A program made the translations under genes and the position numbers. Under the pieces are notes generated by a model that was not told the origin of the DNA, ran no database searches, and saw only the letters and a list, made by a program, of their open reading frames with translations. From Cyanophora paradoxa CCMP329 (taxonomy: Eukaryota > Plantae > Glaucophyta), in assembly GCA_004431415.1 (NCBI GenBank), contig QPMI01000645.1, positions 122,545 through 186,544 on the forward strand: a DNA stretch of 64,000 nt, read 5' to 3'. Numbering within the stretch: the stretch's first letter is position 1; the number at the start of each line of letters is the position of its first letter. Of the stretch, positions 1 to 9,499 are shown in pieces.

Positions 1-30
1 ATAAAAATAATATATACAGAGCTGCAAACC

Positions 31-447
31 TCAGCATTCATTGTGTCTCCTTGTTATACTTGCGGGGTCTACCGGGTTTAGGGGATTTTGGGATGTCTCT
101 GCCTTTTGTTCCTCAGCAATAGCAGCGAGTTTTTCGGCGTATTTCCTATGATAGTATGCAAGCGATGATGCCTTCTTCTTTTCTCTGAACTCGGCATCAT
201 TCTGGTATTTCTCCTGTTTTTTATAGCATTGCCTTTCGAGGCATTGCTCCTTTGTTTTCTCATACCTAGCCTTGCGGACTGCCAGCTGTTTGGCTCGGAA
301 TTCGGGATCACTGTGATACCTTTCCCTGTACTTTTCGTTTCTCGCTTTTTTCTGCTCTGGGGACAGTTTGTATGGAGTTCTCTTTTTAGGCACTTCTGCG
401 ATTGCAGGGGTAGTTTCGATATCTGCCATCTTCCTATTAATAGCCAA
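31..447 (-). CDS. Basic helical viral protein with RY-x-x-DPEF/Y repeats, possibly DNA-binding
   Basis: RYHSDPEFRAKQ and KYQNDAEFREKKK; paralogous to 1347-1592 and 43392-43669. Confidence 0.65.
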   Translation of the reverse strand: MAINRKMADIETTPAIAEVPKKRTPYKLSPEQKKARNEKYRERYHSDPEFRAKQLAVRKARYEKTKEQCLERQCYKKQEKYQNDAEFREKKKASSLAYYHRKYAEKLAAIAEEQKAETSQNPLNPVDPASITRRHNEC

Positions 448-513
448 GAAAAGTTTTTTCTCTAATTAAATTAGGGGGTTATCCTTAAATCATTTTTTGT
501 GATGCAGCGAGAT

Positions 514-666
514 CTAATACTTCCTTGTCCTTCTCTCTCTTGCTTCTGAGGCATTATCCTCATTATCTGACATCTCAAACTCCACTGTTGTCTCACAACA
601 TCTACTGTGGCAATTGCTCACCACATGCAGACTGAACATCTCGAAGAACTTTCGTATTATGTCCAT
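514..666 (-). CDS. Small 50-aa SxCC-motif protein (duplicate copy)
   Basis: Hand-translated MDIIRKFFEMFSLHVVSNCHSRCCETTVEF...RRTRKY*, below the ORF-track cutoff; AT-rich leader TTTATTAGAGAT before the ATG. Confidence 0.5.
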   Translation of the reverse strand: MDIIRKFFEMFSLHVVSNCHSRCCETTVEFEMSDNEDNASEARERRTRKY

Positions 667-690
667 ATCTCTAATAAAACAGAGATAATT
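528..690 (+). repeat. 163-bp direct repeat, copy 1 (copy 2 at 1719-1881)
   Basis: Direct comparison shows one visible mismatch (catctactg vs catccactg). Confidence 0.95.
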
Positions 691-714
691 CCTATACTGT
701 TACCATTAATGGTT

Positions 715-897
715 TGTCAGGCACTTACAATTTATTGTCAGGCACTATTATGGTATATCAGGCATTGTCAGGCACCTTTTTAGAAAACTTTTCTATAATA
801 CAAATTTCATTGTTGATCCAAGCAATGACATTGAGAATTGGAAACGTTTGTGAAAATCAATGTGTTTCCTGCCTGACAAACTTCTTGCTGCCTGACA
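715..897. promoter_or_regulatory. Iterated TGTCAGGCA boxes, four direct and two inverted (operator/iteron-like)
   Basis: TGTCAGGCAC at 715, 736, 766; TATCAGGCA at 756; TGCCTGACA at 870 and 889; lies between divergent ORFs. Confidence 0.5.
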
Positions 898-969
898 ACC
901 TTTCATCAACAAAAAATGATTGTGTAAACTAACTTAAAGATTTACAGATATATTAATAAGAAAACAACA

Positions 970-1269
970 ATGACTGCTCAAATTGCCAAAGGAATTCTTG
1001 CCGAAAAGATTGAAAAAGATACCCTCTGGAAAGATCATAAAGGATTAGTTGATGCTATTGTAGAGAGTGGTCTCCACTCAACAGGAATAAACATTGGTCA
1101 GGCTGATAATAAGCGAAACAAGGAATTTCGACAGAAAGTAGAGAGAGATGTATTGGGCATGATAATAGACCCAAACTACCTCTCTTCAATTAACAAAAAA
1201 AATCATTCAAACACTGCCACAAGAAAACGACTCTTTAACAAATTAATGAGTCGTTCTACTTCATCTTAA
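970..1269 (+). CDS. Hypothetical viral protein, 99 aa
   Basis: Clean ATG ORF with AT-rich leader TATTAATAAGAAAACAACA. Confidence 0.6.
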   Translation: MTAQIAKGILAEKIEKDTLWKDHKGLVDAIVESGLHSTGINIGQADNKRNKEFRQKVERDVLGMIIDPNYLSSINKKNHSNTATRKRLFNKLMSRSTSS

Positions 1270-1346
1270 ACAATAAAGCCAATTCCTTTGTATATATTTT
1301 TATAGCTGCCTCAGTAGCATACTGAGACCGCTTTGTTTCAATTATC

Positions 1347-1592
1347 TTATAGACCTGGGGGTCCATTGCTACTATCAGTTGGCAAATAATATTTAATCGG
1401 TCTTCCTCTGGGTCTCTGCTCCTCTTTTTGGGCTTTTCTGCGATAATAGGATGCCAGGGCTTGCTGCTTTTTATACTCTCTATATTCTGGGTCCTCTCTA
1501 TATCGTTTCTGCATTGCTAGAATGTGTCTAATAGCACCCTCAGTTAAAGGCTCATCACTGGTAAACTCGATTAAACTAATAGTATCCTCCAT
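1347..1592 (-). CDS. Small basic protein with DPEY repeat and AT-hook-like RPRGRP
   Basis: RYREDPEYREYKKQQALASYYRRK...RPRGRP. Confidence 0.65.
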   Translation of the reverse strand: MEDTISLIEFTSDEPLTEGAIRHILAMQKRYREDPEYREYKKQQALASYYRRKAQKEEQRPRGRPIKYYLPTDSSNGPPGL

Positions 1593-2613
1593 TTATATTC
1601 CCAGAGAAAACGTTTTCTGCTGGCAGAGAACTTCTCCTTGGATACTCCTGTTGCTCCTGTTGCTCATATGTATACTCTGTGGGGTCTGCTGACATTGACT
1701 CCACAGAAACTGTAGACCTCCTTCTCTCTCTTGCTTCTGAGGCATTATCCTCATTATCTGACATCTCAAACTCCACTGTTGTCTCACAACATCCACTGTG
1801 GCAATTGCTCACCACATGCAGACTGAACATCTCGAAGAACTTTCGTATTATGTCCATATCTCTAATAAAACAGAGATAATTAAACCAAACTCGTCTTTTA
1901 TATACTGTTGGGGCAACTCCCTTTTCTACTTCAGCTTTGGTGGCACCAGGTTCAATGGTTCCCTTTTGGGTTTTTGTTTTCATTTCATCTACTGCCTGCT
2001 CATCGATTTGGTTCTCTTTCTTAGCAATAAACTGTTTATCTGGGACACCAGTGATTCCCATTTTATAAACTTCCTTTCGAAGCATCTCCTTTAGCTTGGC
2101 TCTCTCTTTCTTCTCAGTAACATACTGCTCCAAAGCACTGGATTTGGCTTCCAGATCTTTGAGTTTAGCAGTCATCTCATCCCATTGAGCCTTGGGAATT
2201 CGATGAACATTCTGAGTGGGAGCAGTCTTGTATGTGACTTCACCAGCCATAGACTGAATTACCTTGTCTGATTCCTTACTAAGACCTTCACCTTTGCGAG
2301 CCAATGACAGATCTTGCAAGCCTAAACCTTTATCATCAGCAGCACCAATAATTCGCCTGGCACCCTCAGCAACAGCTTTCATTTTCGAAGCTTCAGGTGA
2401 GATGTTGAGTTGGTCACTGGTTGAAGCTTGTGGGGCTTTGTCATCGACTGATTCCTCATAGGCAGCATTGAGGGGGTCTTCTTCTTGCTGTGAGGGCTTC
2501 ACCTCATTCATACCATTGAATTTCAGTGGATCTGTGTTAATGGATCCATTGTTTCCACCACCTGAATAGCCAACAGCCCCAGCTGGGATCCCTATTTTTC
2601 GTTTGGGAGGCAT
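1576..2613 (-). CDS. Conserved viral coiled-coil protein (core/scaffold candidate); its C-terminal part is probably a separate SxCC gene
   Basis: AKLKDLEAKSSALEQYVTEKKERAKLKEMLRKE aligns with AKLRDLEARSANIESYVKDKQERAKIREMLRSE in 44659-45291; both sit next to the ATPase. Confidence 0.75.
   Translation of the reverse strand: MPPKRKIGIPAGAVGYSGGGNNGSINTDPLKFNGMNEVKPSQQEEDPLNAAYEESVDDKAPQASTSDQLNISPEASKMKAVAEGARRIIGAADDKGLGLQDLSLARKGEGLSKESDKVIQSMAGEVTYKTAPTQNVHRIPKAQWDEMTAKLKDLEAKSSALEQYVTEKKERAKLKEMLRKEVYKMGITGVPDKQFIAKKENQIDEQAVDEMKTKTQKGTIEPGATKAEVEKGVAPTVYKRRVWFNYLCFIRDMDIIRKFFEMFSLHVVSNCHSGCCETTVEFEMSDNEDNASEARERRRSTVSVESMSADPTEYTYEQQEQQEYPRRSSLPAENVFSGNINGGYY
1719..1881 (+). repeat. 163-bp direct repeat, copy 2
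   Basis: Matches 528-690. Confidence 0.95.
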
Positions 2614-2641
2614 TGTATCTTTATTAGAATGAGAGATAATT

Positions 2642-3435
2642 TTATAAACCGCGTTTATATCGCATCAATTTATTGCTATGGACTTGGCTTTTCACTTCTT
2701 TGGGGGCTTCCTCTTTCTCTGGTGGTTTCAGTTCATCTTCTTTCTTTTTTGGCTTCCTGTGGAAGCGAGGAAAATCGAAATCTCCAACTAAATCGGCTTT
2801 ATCGACATAGTAGCCCACATTATACTTGAAAGATGTATAAACAAGGAACTGGTATGAGTGAACATACTCTTCAAAGAGTTTATAGAAGTCTTCTTTTCGA
2901 GGAAAAGTCGAAAACTCCTCTGCAAATGCCTCCAGCTCTTTTTGGTTGCTTGCACAAACCATAATTACTATATCACTATTGCAGCGAATAACACTTGCGA
3001 CCTTTCTTAATTTTTGGGAAATAGTTATAATTGATATATTGACATGTCTGCCACGAACATAAAGCATTCCCACTGTTTTATCTCGACTGAGATCCAGCTG
3101 GTCATTTTCTATCATATCCTCTAAAATCACCAGCATATGGTTAAGTTCTTCTCCTTTCTCCCTTTTTGCCTCTCTTTCTTTTATAATTTTCGACATGTAT
3201 TGGGGATCCCATGCACCCAGTTGAACAGTAGCAGCTTTGTCCAAAAATGTGAAAATGAGGTAGCGGATATAATAAGTGTTGTATCAATCTTTTTGGCATC
3301 ATGCAGCTGTTTCAAATAATATTTTACAGCTTCTGTTTTTCCGCATCCACTTTTTCCGAGTATGAGTAGTCGAAAAGGGGGTTCTATCATTTCACCAGCA
3401 TTGAATTCCTCCAAATCAGAACTTGGTATAGGCAT
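2642..3435 (-). CDS. A32/FtsK-HerA-family genome packaging ATPase (one frameshift near 3240)
   Basis: Walker A GKSGCGKT in ORF 3181-3435; Walker B VILED and RGRHVNISIITISQ...IRCNSD in ORF 2642-3244. Confidence 0.92.
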
Positions 3436-3491
3436 TGTGTATCTTTCTATAAAGAAACAGATAAAAATAATGCAAGGTGACTGAATATGGT

Positions 3492-4445
3492 TTACATGTT
3501 AGAAAGGAATCTTTTAATGCAGCCCTCAATATCAGTTTCGGTGTATGGGATTCTCAGCAGTTTAATGTTGTTAGCTTCACAGTATCGATTTTTAATAGCA
3601 TCTCTTTTCTTCACTTCTTCATGCATTTTTTCTCCACCAAAGAAAGCATTTGGTTTGAAGTGTTGACTTCCATCATATTCAATTGCACAATTAAACGATG
3701 GAAGATAGAAATCGAACCTAAGAGGCTGAATAAACCTACATTCCGGAAATACATGATTTCGAGCAAAACCAAAACCCCTTTTTAGCAAATACTTCAAAAC
3801 CTGCTTTTCTCCTTTGGACATTTTTTTGAAACAGTTAGGGCATCCATGACCGCTGTAATGCTGTGATGGGTTTTGTGAGAACTCTCGATTGCAAGAGTTG
3901 CATTTGATTAAGACCTTTGTGTATGCATTTACATACTGAACTTTGGAATAATCGTAGTCATCTCCATGGATTTCTCTTGCTCTCTCAATGAATTGGGAAG
4001 TTGTGAAACGTCTATGTTTACCATTCTTTTCAAGAAAGCACTTTCTACATCCACCATCTCCTCTAAGATGGGCATATGCTAATTGCTGGAATATTGAACC
4101 ACAGGAATTGCATCCAATTGTAACTTTCTTCTTTTTTCGGATATATCCAAGGTTAGAGTAATCATATTTGTTGCCATGAATGGACTTTGCTTCTTCAACA
4201 AAGTCTTCTTCTGGTGTTCGCTGTCTTAAATGTAAAGCATTTCTTGCACATTGTTTACACCCTCCTGAGCTTCCTTGTTTTATATGACCTCCAGCAGTTA
4301 TTTGGAAATATACCTGGCAGGTGTTGCAAAGAATAGTTATATGTTTCAACCAACCTTTGTAATCAACTTTATCATATCCGTATTTATCACCATGCATTTC
4401 CCGGCTTCTGAATATAAACTCTTCATTCGAAAGTCGTGGAACCAT
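3492..4445 (-). CDS. Homing-endonuclease-like protein: three HG-x-x-YDY/CxxC zinc-ribbon repeats plus C-terminal PD-(D/E)XK (Vsr/DUF559-like) nuclease
   Basis: Repeats such as IHGDDYDYSKVQY...CNSC...HGCPNC; C-terminal LRFDFYLP..AIEYDGSQH..RDAIKNRYC..LLRIPY. Confidence 0.85.
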   Translation of the reverse strand: MVPRLSNEEFIFRSREMHGDKYGYDKVDYKGWLKHITILCNTCQVYFQITAGGHIKQGSSGGCKQCARNALHLRQRTPEEDFVEEAKSIHGNKYDYSNLGYIRKKKKVTIGCNSCGSIFQQLAYAHLRGDGGCRKCFLEKNGKHRRFTTSQFIERAREIHGDDYDYSKVQYVNAYTKVLIKCNSCNREFSQNPSQHYSGHGCPNCFKKMSKGEKQVLKYLLKRGFGFARNHVFPECRFIQPLRFDFYLPSFNCAIEYDGSQHFKPNAFFGGEKMHEEVKKRDAIKNRYCEANNIKLLRIPYTETDIEGCIKRFLSNM

Positions 4446-4517
4446 TGGATACGATTTTACACTCTCAAAAATAAATAATCATTTTTTCTTTAAATGCCTT
4501 ACGAGAAATGGTAAGAT

Positions 4518-5884
4518 CTAAAGATTTATACGTCTTAAACCATCGCGATCCAAAATTATGAAGCTATGCATGAGAGCGCGAACATTAACATCGATTACCT
4601 TATCTGATGGCATGTAGAGTGTGAGGAATGAAGATGAGGAATTTGTCAGGTCGACAAAGCCACTTTGAGCGATATTTCGAATTGCCTTTTCTCCATCAAG
4701 GCAGAATGGGAGTCCTGAAAGGACATAGCGATCAGCAACCTTATCCATGTTAGAGCATTTGAAGGCATCAGCAATTAGCTCAGCACCTTTGAGTAGGGAA
4801 ATTGGCTCAGTGGCATAAAGTCGCTGTCCATTAATTTCAACAGTGAAAGTAATATCTTTGGAGTTGGCATAGGTCTTAAGAACACTGTGGGAGCCATTGG
4901 ATTTGTCAACAGTTTCATGATCACGAACTGAAACAAGCAGAGCATATACAAGACCTGAGATTTGAGAGAGGTTAATTCGATTGGGTTGGGCATTGCCCTT
5001 GGCAGGGAAAGCACTAGCATCTACAAATCCAATATCAAGGGAGGGAATAGCCATGCCAGTAGTCTTTACTTTTTCAATTACAGTAGCGAAAAGCTCATCA
5101 GAAACATTAATAGCATGCATGTAAAGGCGAGGAGAAGTAATAGAAATAACAGGAGTTGTTGCACCAAGACTGAAAGTGGTGATGTTTTGACCAACATGGG
5201 CAAGGGTTCCATCTGTAAAGTTTCCAAGACCATCATCAGCAGTTGCATCAACAGTTCCAACAGCAGTTGTGAGTTCACGACCACCATAGGAAGTTTCAAC
5301 ATAACCCTTTCCAGCATCCTTAAACCAAACAGTAACAACCATTTCACCAGATAAAGCACCAAGGGGAAGGTAGTGATTTAGCCAAGGCACTGGGATCTCA
5401 ACGAAAAATGAGCCACCAAGTCGGTTGGTTCCATGAGCAGGGATACCATGAACCATGCCCATTGAGCGTTTCTTTTTAGCTAGTTGATCCTCCGAATAAT
5501 AGACCAGGGGAAATGAGCAAGGAAATCAGAAGGGATGTGGTAGGTGTAAGATCCATAGGTAATTTCAAGTCGCTGAACTAAAGCACCAACTGGGCGAGTG
5601 TATCCATTGCGAACAAGGTCCGTATCACCAGCAAAAGTGATGGCTGGAAGGTCGAAAGCAAGTTCGAGTTTTCCACAGAAATTGTAGCGAGGTAGCTTGA
5701 AGGAAATGCGATTTCCAACATTATTCTCAAAAGTATTGCTGGGATTCACAACAACTAGAACTGGCTTAGACTTGGATTCGAGACCAAGCATAAGGGAGTT
5801 ATCCAGGAAAAAGGCTTTCGCCTCCTCTGGGGTTGTTAGGGCTTCTTTCAGCGAAAGTCTTTGAAGAGTGGAAGTGATATCCAT
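4518..5884 (-). CDS. Putative double jelly-roll major capsid protein (frameshift near 5490)
   Basis: About 455 aa, beta-rich; ISFKLPR..KLELAFDLP, VEIPVPW..LPLGAL; lies between ATPase and penton; strongly conserved with 46120-47506. Confidence 0.8.
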
Positions 5885-5937
5885 TATATTCTCTTTTATT
5901 ATACTGCAACATAAAAAATCTACCAATGATCCTTAAT

Positions 5938-6948
5938 TTATGCGAAGCTTGTAATAACTGGATAGGAAGGGTGAAGCTGTGACATTCGCATCTTAAAGTA
6001 TTCATAAACTGGGTCCCCAGCTGGCTCATCACCATAGCGAATTTCAAAGGTAAGATGAACAGGTTGACCCTCAAAATCAATTGGTTCATTAATAGCATTT
6101 ACAATATCAACCGAGAAAGTGGATAATCCAACTTTCTTATTATAGTATTTGTAAAGTGGATGAGCCTCTGTTGAATTGTAAACTACATGCTCACCATAGT
6201 CTTTGTCAGGAACCACTATTTTATGGAAGTAACCAGTCAGAAGACCATCCCCACATTGCACCAGATCACCCAGCTCTTTTACTCTCACAAACAAAACACT
6301 GTCCCTGGTCTTCTCAGGCTCAAATGAAGATATAATACCGTTTACTCGAGTTCCAGTAAAGATACCATCAGTGAGAGCATCATAAACTTGTGATTGGATT
6401 GAGGAATTGCCATATCTTCCAGGATCAAGACCAAGCAGTCTACCTGAACTCAATAGCTTTTGAATTGTTTGCAGGTTTGGATTTACAGCAAGTGAGAAAG
6501 CCAGGTAAAACTTTTTTTCGGAATGGAATACTATTCGTTTCAGTGACTCATCCCATTTGCAGCGAAGAGATGGTTTAGGATTTTTCAAATCGAACTTTTC
6601 ATTAATAACATTCACCAGTTGTTGGTGGCTTTGGATGGGGGCTTTGCGACTTATAATGATTTGTTTCCACTGTTCAAAGTCCTCAGCTGGGCGAACTGTG
6701 GGGATACCATCAATTCCAGCTCCTGCAAGTTCTTCAGAATAGTAAATACTAAATGAATTGTCGATTGTTACATCTCCTACTTTGGTTTCCCCACTCACCA
6801 TAGGGATGCTGTTATAAAATTCGGCTGATACCAGTCTCACAGCCCTCACATTCTCATAACTACTGGGGAGTCTAGCCACAAAGCTTGATGTGGGACCATC
6901 ACCAGAGATTGTATTAAATGAGCTAACCTCGATGTAATCCACAGGCAT
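5938..6948 (-). CDS. Penton / minor capsid protein (single jelly roll with insertion)
   Basis: FVARLP..YENVRAVRLVSAEF at the N-terminus and IDFEGQPVHLTFEI at the C-terminus, a pattern typical of PLV/NCLDV pentons. Confidence 0.75.
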   Translation of the reverse strand: MPVDYIEVSSFNTISGDGPTSSFVARLPSSYENVRAVRLVSAEFYNSIPMVSGETKVGDVTIDNSFSIYYSEELAGAGIDGIPTVRPAEDFEQWKQIIISRKAPIQSHQQLVNVINEKFDLKNPKPSLRCKWDESLKRIVFHSEKKFYLAFSLAVNPNLQTIQKLLSSGRLLGLDPGRYGNSSIQSQVYDALTDGIFTGTRVNGIISSFEPEKTRDSVLFVRVKELGDLVQCGDGLLTGYFHKIVVPDKDYGEHVVYNSTEAHPLYKYYNKKVGLSTFSVDIVNAINEPIDFEGQPVHLTFEIRYGDEPAGDPVYEYFKMRMSQLHPSYPVITSFA

Positions 6949-6977
6949 TCTTCTTTTATCTATATTTATATATTAAA

Positions 6978-7910
6978 ATGAATCGACTTGTTAATATTGA
7001 TAGCAGGGATAGAAGCCAAGGACAAAATGAAAACTCTTACAGGGTCACCCTCACAACTCCAGTAGAGAGACCAAGGGAATGCAGGGTTCTTTATGCAGAG
7101 ATTCCAAACAGTATCTATAACAGTGTGGGGACTGATCATTTAACAGTTGATTTTAACTACCAAGATGGTTCATATAACCAAGTGATCACACAACAAGTGT
7201 ATCCCCTTCCCAGTGGCTACATCAATCAGGGTCATTTTGGGGTCACACACCCTTATAATTATGGGCTGAACTATTCAAGCTTCCAAACAATTGCAGGCAA
7301 AACAGTAGCTTTTGAGTTCAAAATATTCTACAACCCAACAACCTATAAAGTGGAGTTTTACAGTAATCATGAGTTTCGTTTTATTGCAAGCAACAAGCGA
7401 ATAGGGAAGCTTTTGGGTGTAAGTTCTACTGAATACACCACTGGGTATTATAGCACTCCTCCTGTTGGTGGATCTCCATATCGACCTGAGAACCTTTTAA
7501 AGTATGATGGTAAACCTATTACACCTGATCACCCAGCATGGGGAATCACCTTCTCAGGACCCAGACTCTCCTCAAAGCCCTTGCAGTACTATTTCACCAG
7601 TAATAAGATGTCTGATATGAATGCTGAGCAGTATCTGTACATGCATATTAAAGAGCTTACCCCCTTTGCCAGCAGACACAATATAATTCCGAAATCGCTA
7701 CCACATAACCAGGGAGCTATCCTTAGATTGCAATTGAGTAAAGATATAGGTGGCTATGTTTACCATAGTGGTGAACATGCAGAATTTATTCAAATCAATG
7801 ACAGAAACCTGGTGATAAGGGAACTCACAGTTGAGTTTAAAGATTACTTTGGTGAACTGATTGATATGAATGGAATCGATAATTCGTTTCAGTTGGAGTT
7901 TATCGAATAA
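6978..7910 (+). CDS. Second penton-like protein
   Basis: VNIDSRDR..YRVTL..VLYAEIPNS; C-terminal LTVEFKDYFGELIDMNGIDNSFQLEF. Confidence 0.75.
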   Translation: MNRLVNIDSRDRSQGQNENSYRVTLTTPVERPRECRVLYAEIPNSIYNSVGTDHLTVDFNYQDGSYNQVITQQVYPLPSGYINQGHFGVTHPYNYGLNYSSFQTIAGKTVAFEFKIFYNPTTYKVEFYSNHEFRFIASNKRIGKLLGVSSTEYTTGYYSTPPVGGSPYRPENLLKYDGKPITPDHPAWGITFSGPRLSSKPLQYYFTSNKMSDMNAEQYLYMHIKELTPFASRHNIIPKSLPHNQGAILRLQLSKDIGGYVYHSGEHAEFIQINDRNLVIRELTVEFKDYFGELIDMNGIDNSFQLEFIE

Positions 7911-9456
7911 AGGCACCTGTAAAGTCAACTCTCATTGTGGGAGCATTCACATACACAAGGGGATAAATGCGAATATATTTAATTCTGAGAGAGAAACCTA
8001 TGTAAAAAGCATCCTTGATGCTGAGAGGAAATCCACTCAATAGAGCCACATCACCAGAGTTGTGAGCATTGTTAATGTTCTCACAGACATATATTTTGTT
8101 CTGCCCATCTACTCGAATAAAAGACCAGTTGATCCCATCAGTGGATGTTGCCACATTGAAAGTCTTAATAAAAGCATTGGTGTCCCCTGATCCATAGGCA
8201 ATCACAGAAGAGAGTTCAAAAGTATATGGAAAAGCAACTTGTAGGTATTCAGTGGGGGTTTCCCATATCTGTTCAGGAGCATAGGCTCCAGCTTCCCAGC
8301 CAAATGCTGAAGGTCTAGCCATGAAAGGCTCTTTACCTGTCACAGAGGATGAGGCAGTAAAGGCATCATCTGCAAGCTGATACCAATTGGCATCCAAAGG
8401 AGGTGATGTAGTGAGAGTGGATGAGATGTAAGCCTTTGTAGGGTTCTTAAGTTCATAGTTTGCTACTAGAAGGCTGCAAAGCTTATTAATCATATCATTG
8501 TTTGCTGCTATGTATGTTTCAGTGAATGCTAGCATATCTGGGATCTTAGAAGTGTCATCAAGGGAGCTTACTATGTGATTTGGAAGTGGGACTGATAGCC
8601 TATAGTATCTCCCATAATCCTGATCATAGTTGTAGGGTAACAACTCCTCCATCTTATCAAGGGCAGAAAGCTCACTTGCAGCCATGAGCATGTTAATCAA
8701 TGGGCTTCCATCTGTTGAGGCAATCCATGAGAGAATTCCCCAGCTGTTCACAGTCTCATAAGCATAACCCACATAATCAGACTCTAAATGTGGGTCCACC
8801 TCACCACAAGAGATACTTATTACTATAATATCATCATCATCACTGTAAATCTTCTTTGCATGGCTGTAACCACACACACTGGGATTATTGTTTCCCGAAA
8901 TGGCACCATCAATGAGACAGACAAATACTCCCCGATTGAAATCAACAATGCTTACAGGAGAGAAATATGTAGGAGCAGCAGAAGTAGCCCTAGCAGCAAT
9001 CTTACAAGGCATAAAGTTGTAGTTGTTGTCATTTGTGATAAATATTGGTTTCATATTCTGAGTATCAAAGGATGTAATCACAATGTCTTTTAGGGAATCC
9101 TGTATGAGTGATTCACCAGTAACTGAATTGATTGCAGTCTCCAAGGGTCCCACATCATACTTTGTATTAAATAGGGCATTTTCGATTATATTTCGAGGAT
9201 TTGCGAAAATCAAGGGCAGTTGAGTTAGGTAAATATTGTGTAAATCGTTTGCTGTCAGTTTAGGTTCACCTGGTCTATCAGGATGCCTTATATTCAAACC
9301 TATTGCAATGATCCCACCAGTGGAAGTTCCACTCACAAGATCCACAAGATCGATTATTCTCCTGCCAGTTCGATTTTCGATTTCTTTTAGCAGCCTGGTT
9401 ATGATAATGCCCCTTGCACCCCCGCCAGAAAGACTTAAAACGACCTTGAGAGGCAT
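7900..9456 (-). CDS. Patatin-like phospholipase fused to a C-terminal F5/8 type C (discoidin)-like domain
   Basis: GGGARG oxyanion motif, GTSTG nucleophile, ATSAAPTYF, DGA catalytic Asp; C-terminal FTASS..EYLQV..STDGINW..KYIRIYP..MRVDF. Confidence 0.92.
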   Translation of the reverse strand: MPLKVVLSLSGGGARGIIITRLLKEIENRTGRRIIDLVDLVSGTSTGGIIAIGLNIRHPDRPGEPKLTANDLHNIYLTQLPLIFANPRNIIENALFNTKYDVGPLETAINSVTGESLIQDSLKDIVITSFDTQNMKPIFITNDNNYNFMPCKIAARATSAAPTYFSPVSIVDFNRGVFVCLIDGAISGNNNPSVCGYSHAKKIYSDDDDIIVISISCGEVDPHLESDYVGYAYETVNSWGILSWIASTDGSPLINMLMAASELSALDKMEELLPYNYDQDYGRYYRLSVPLPNHIVSSLDDTSKIPDMLAFTETYIAANNDMINKLCSLLVANYELKNPTKAYISSTLTTSPPLDANWYQLADDAFTASSSVTGKEPFMARPSAFGWEAGAYAPEQIWETPTEYLQVAFPYTFELSSVIAYGSGDTNAFIKTFNVATSTDGINWSFIRVDGQNKIYVCENINNAHNSGDVALLSGFPLSIKDAFYIGFSLRIKYIRIYPLVYVNAPTMRVDFTGAFIR

Positions 9457-9499
9457 CTTTTACTTATCAGGAATTTTATAAATCCATATAGTAAAAGCC

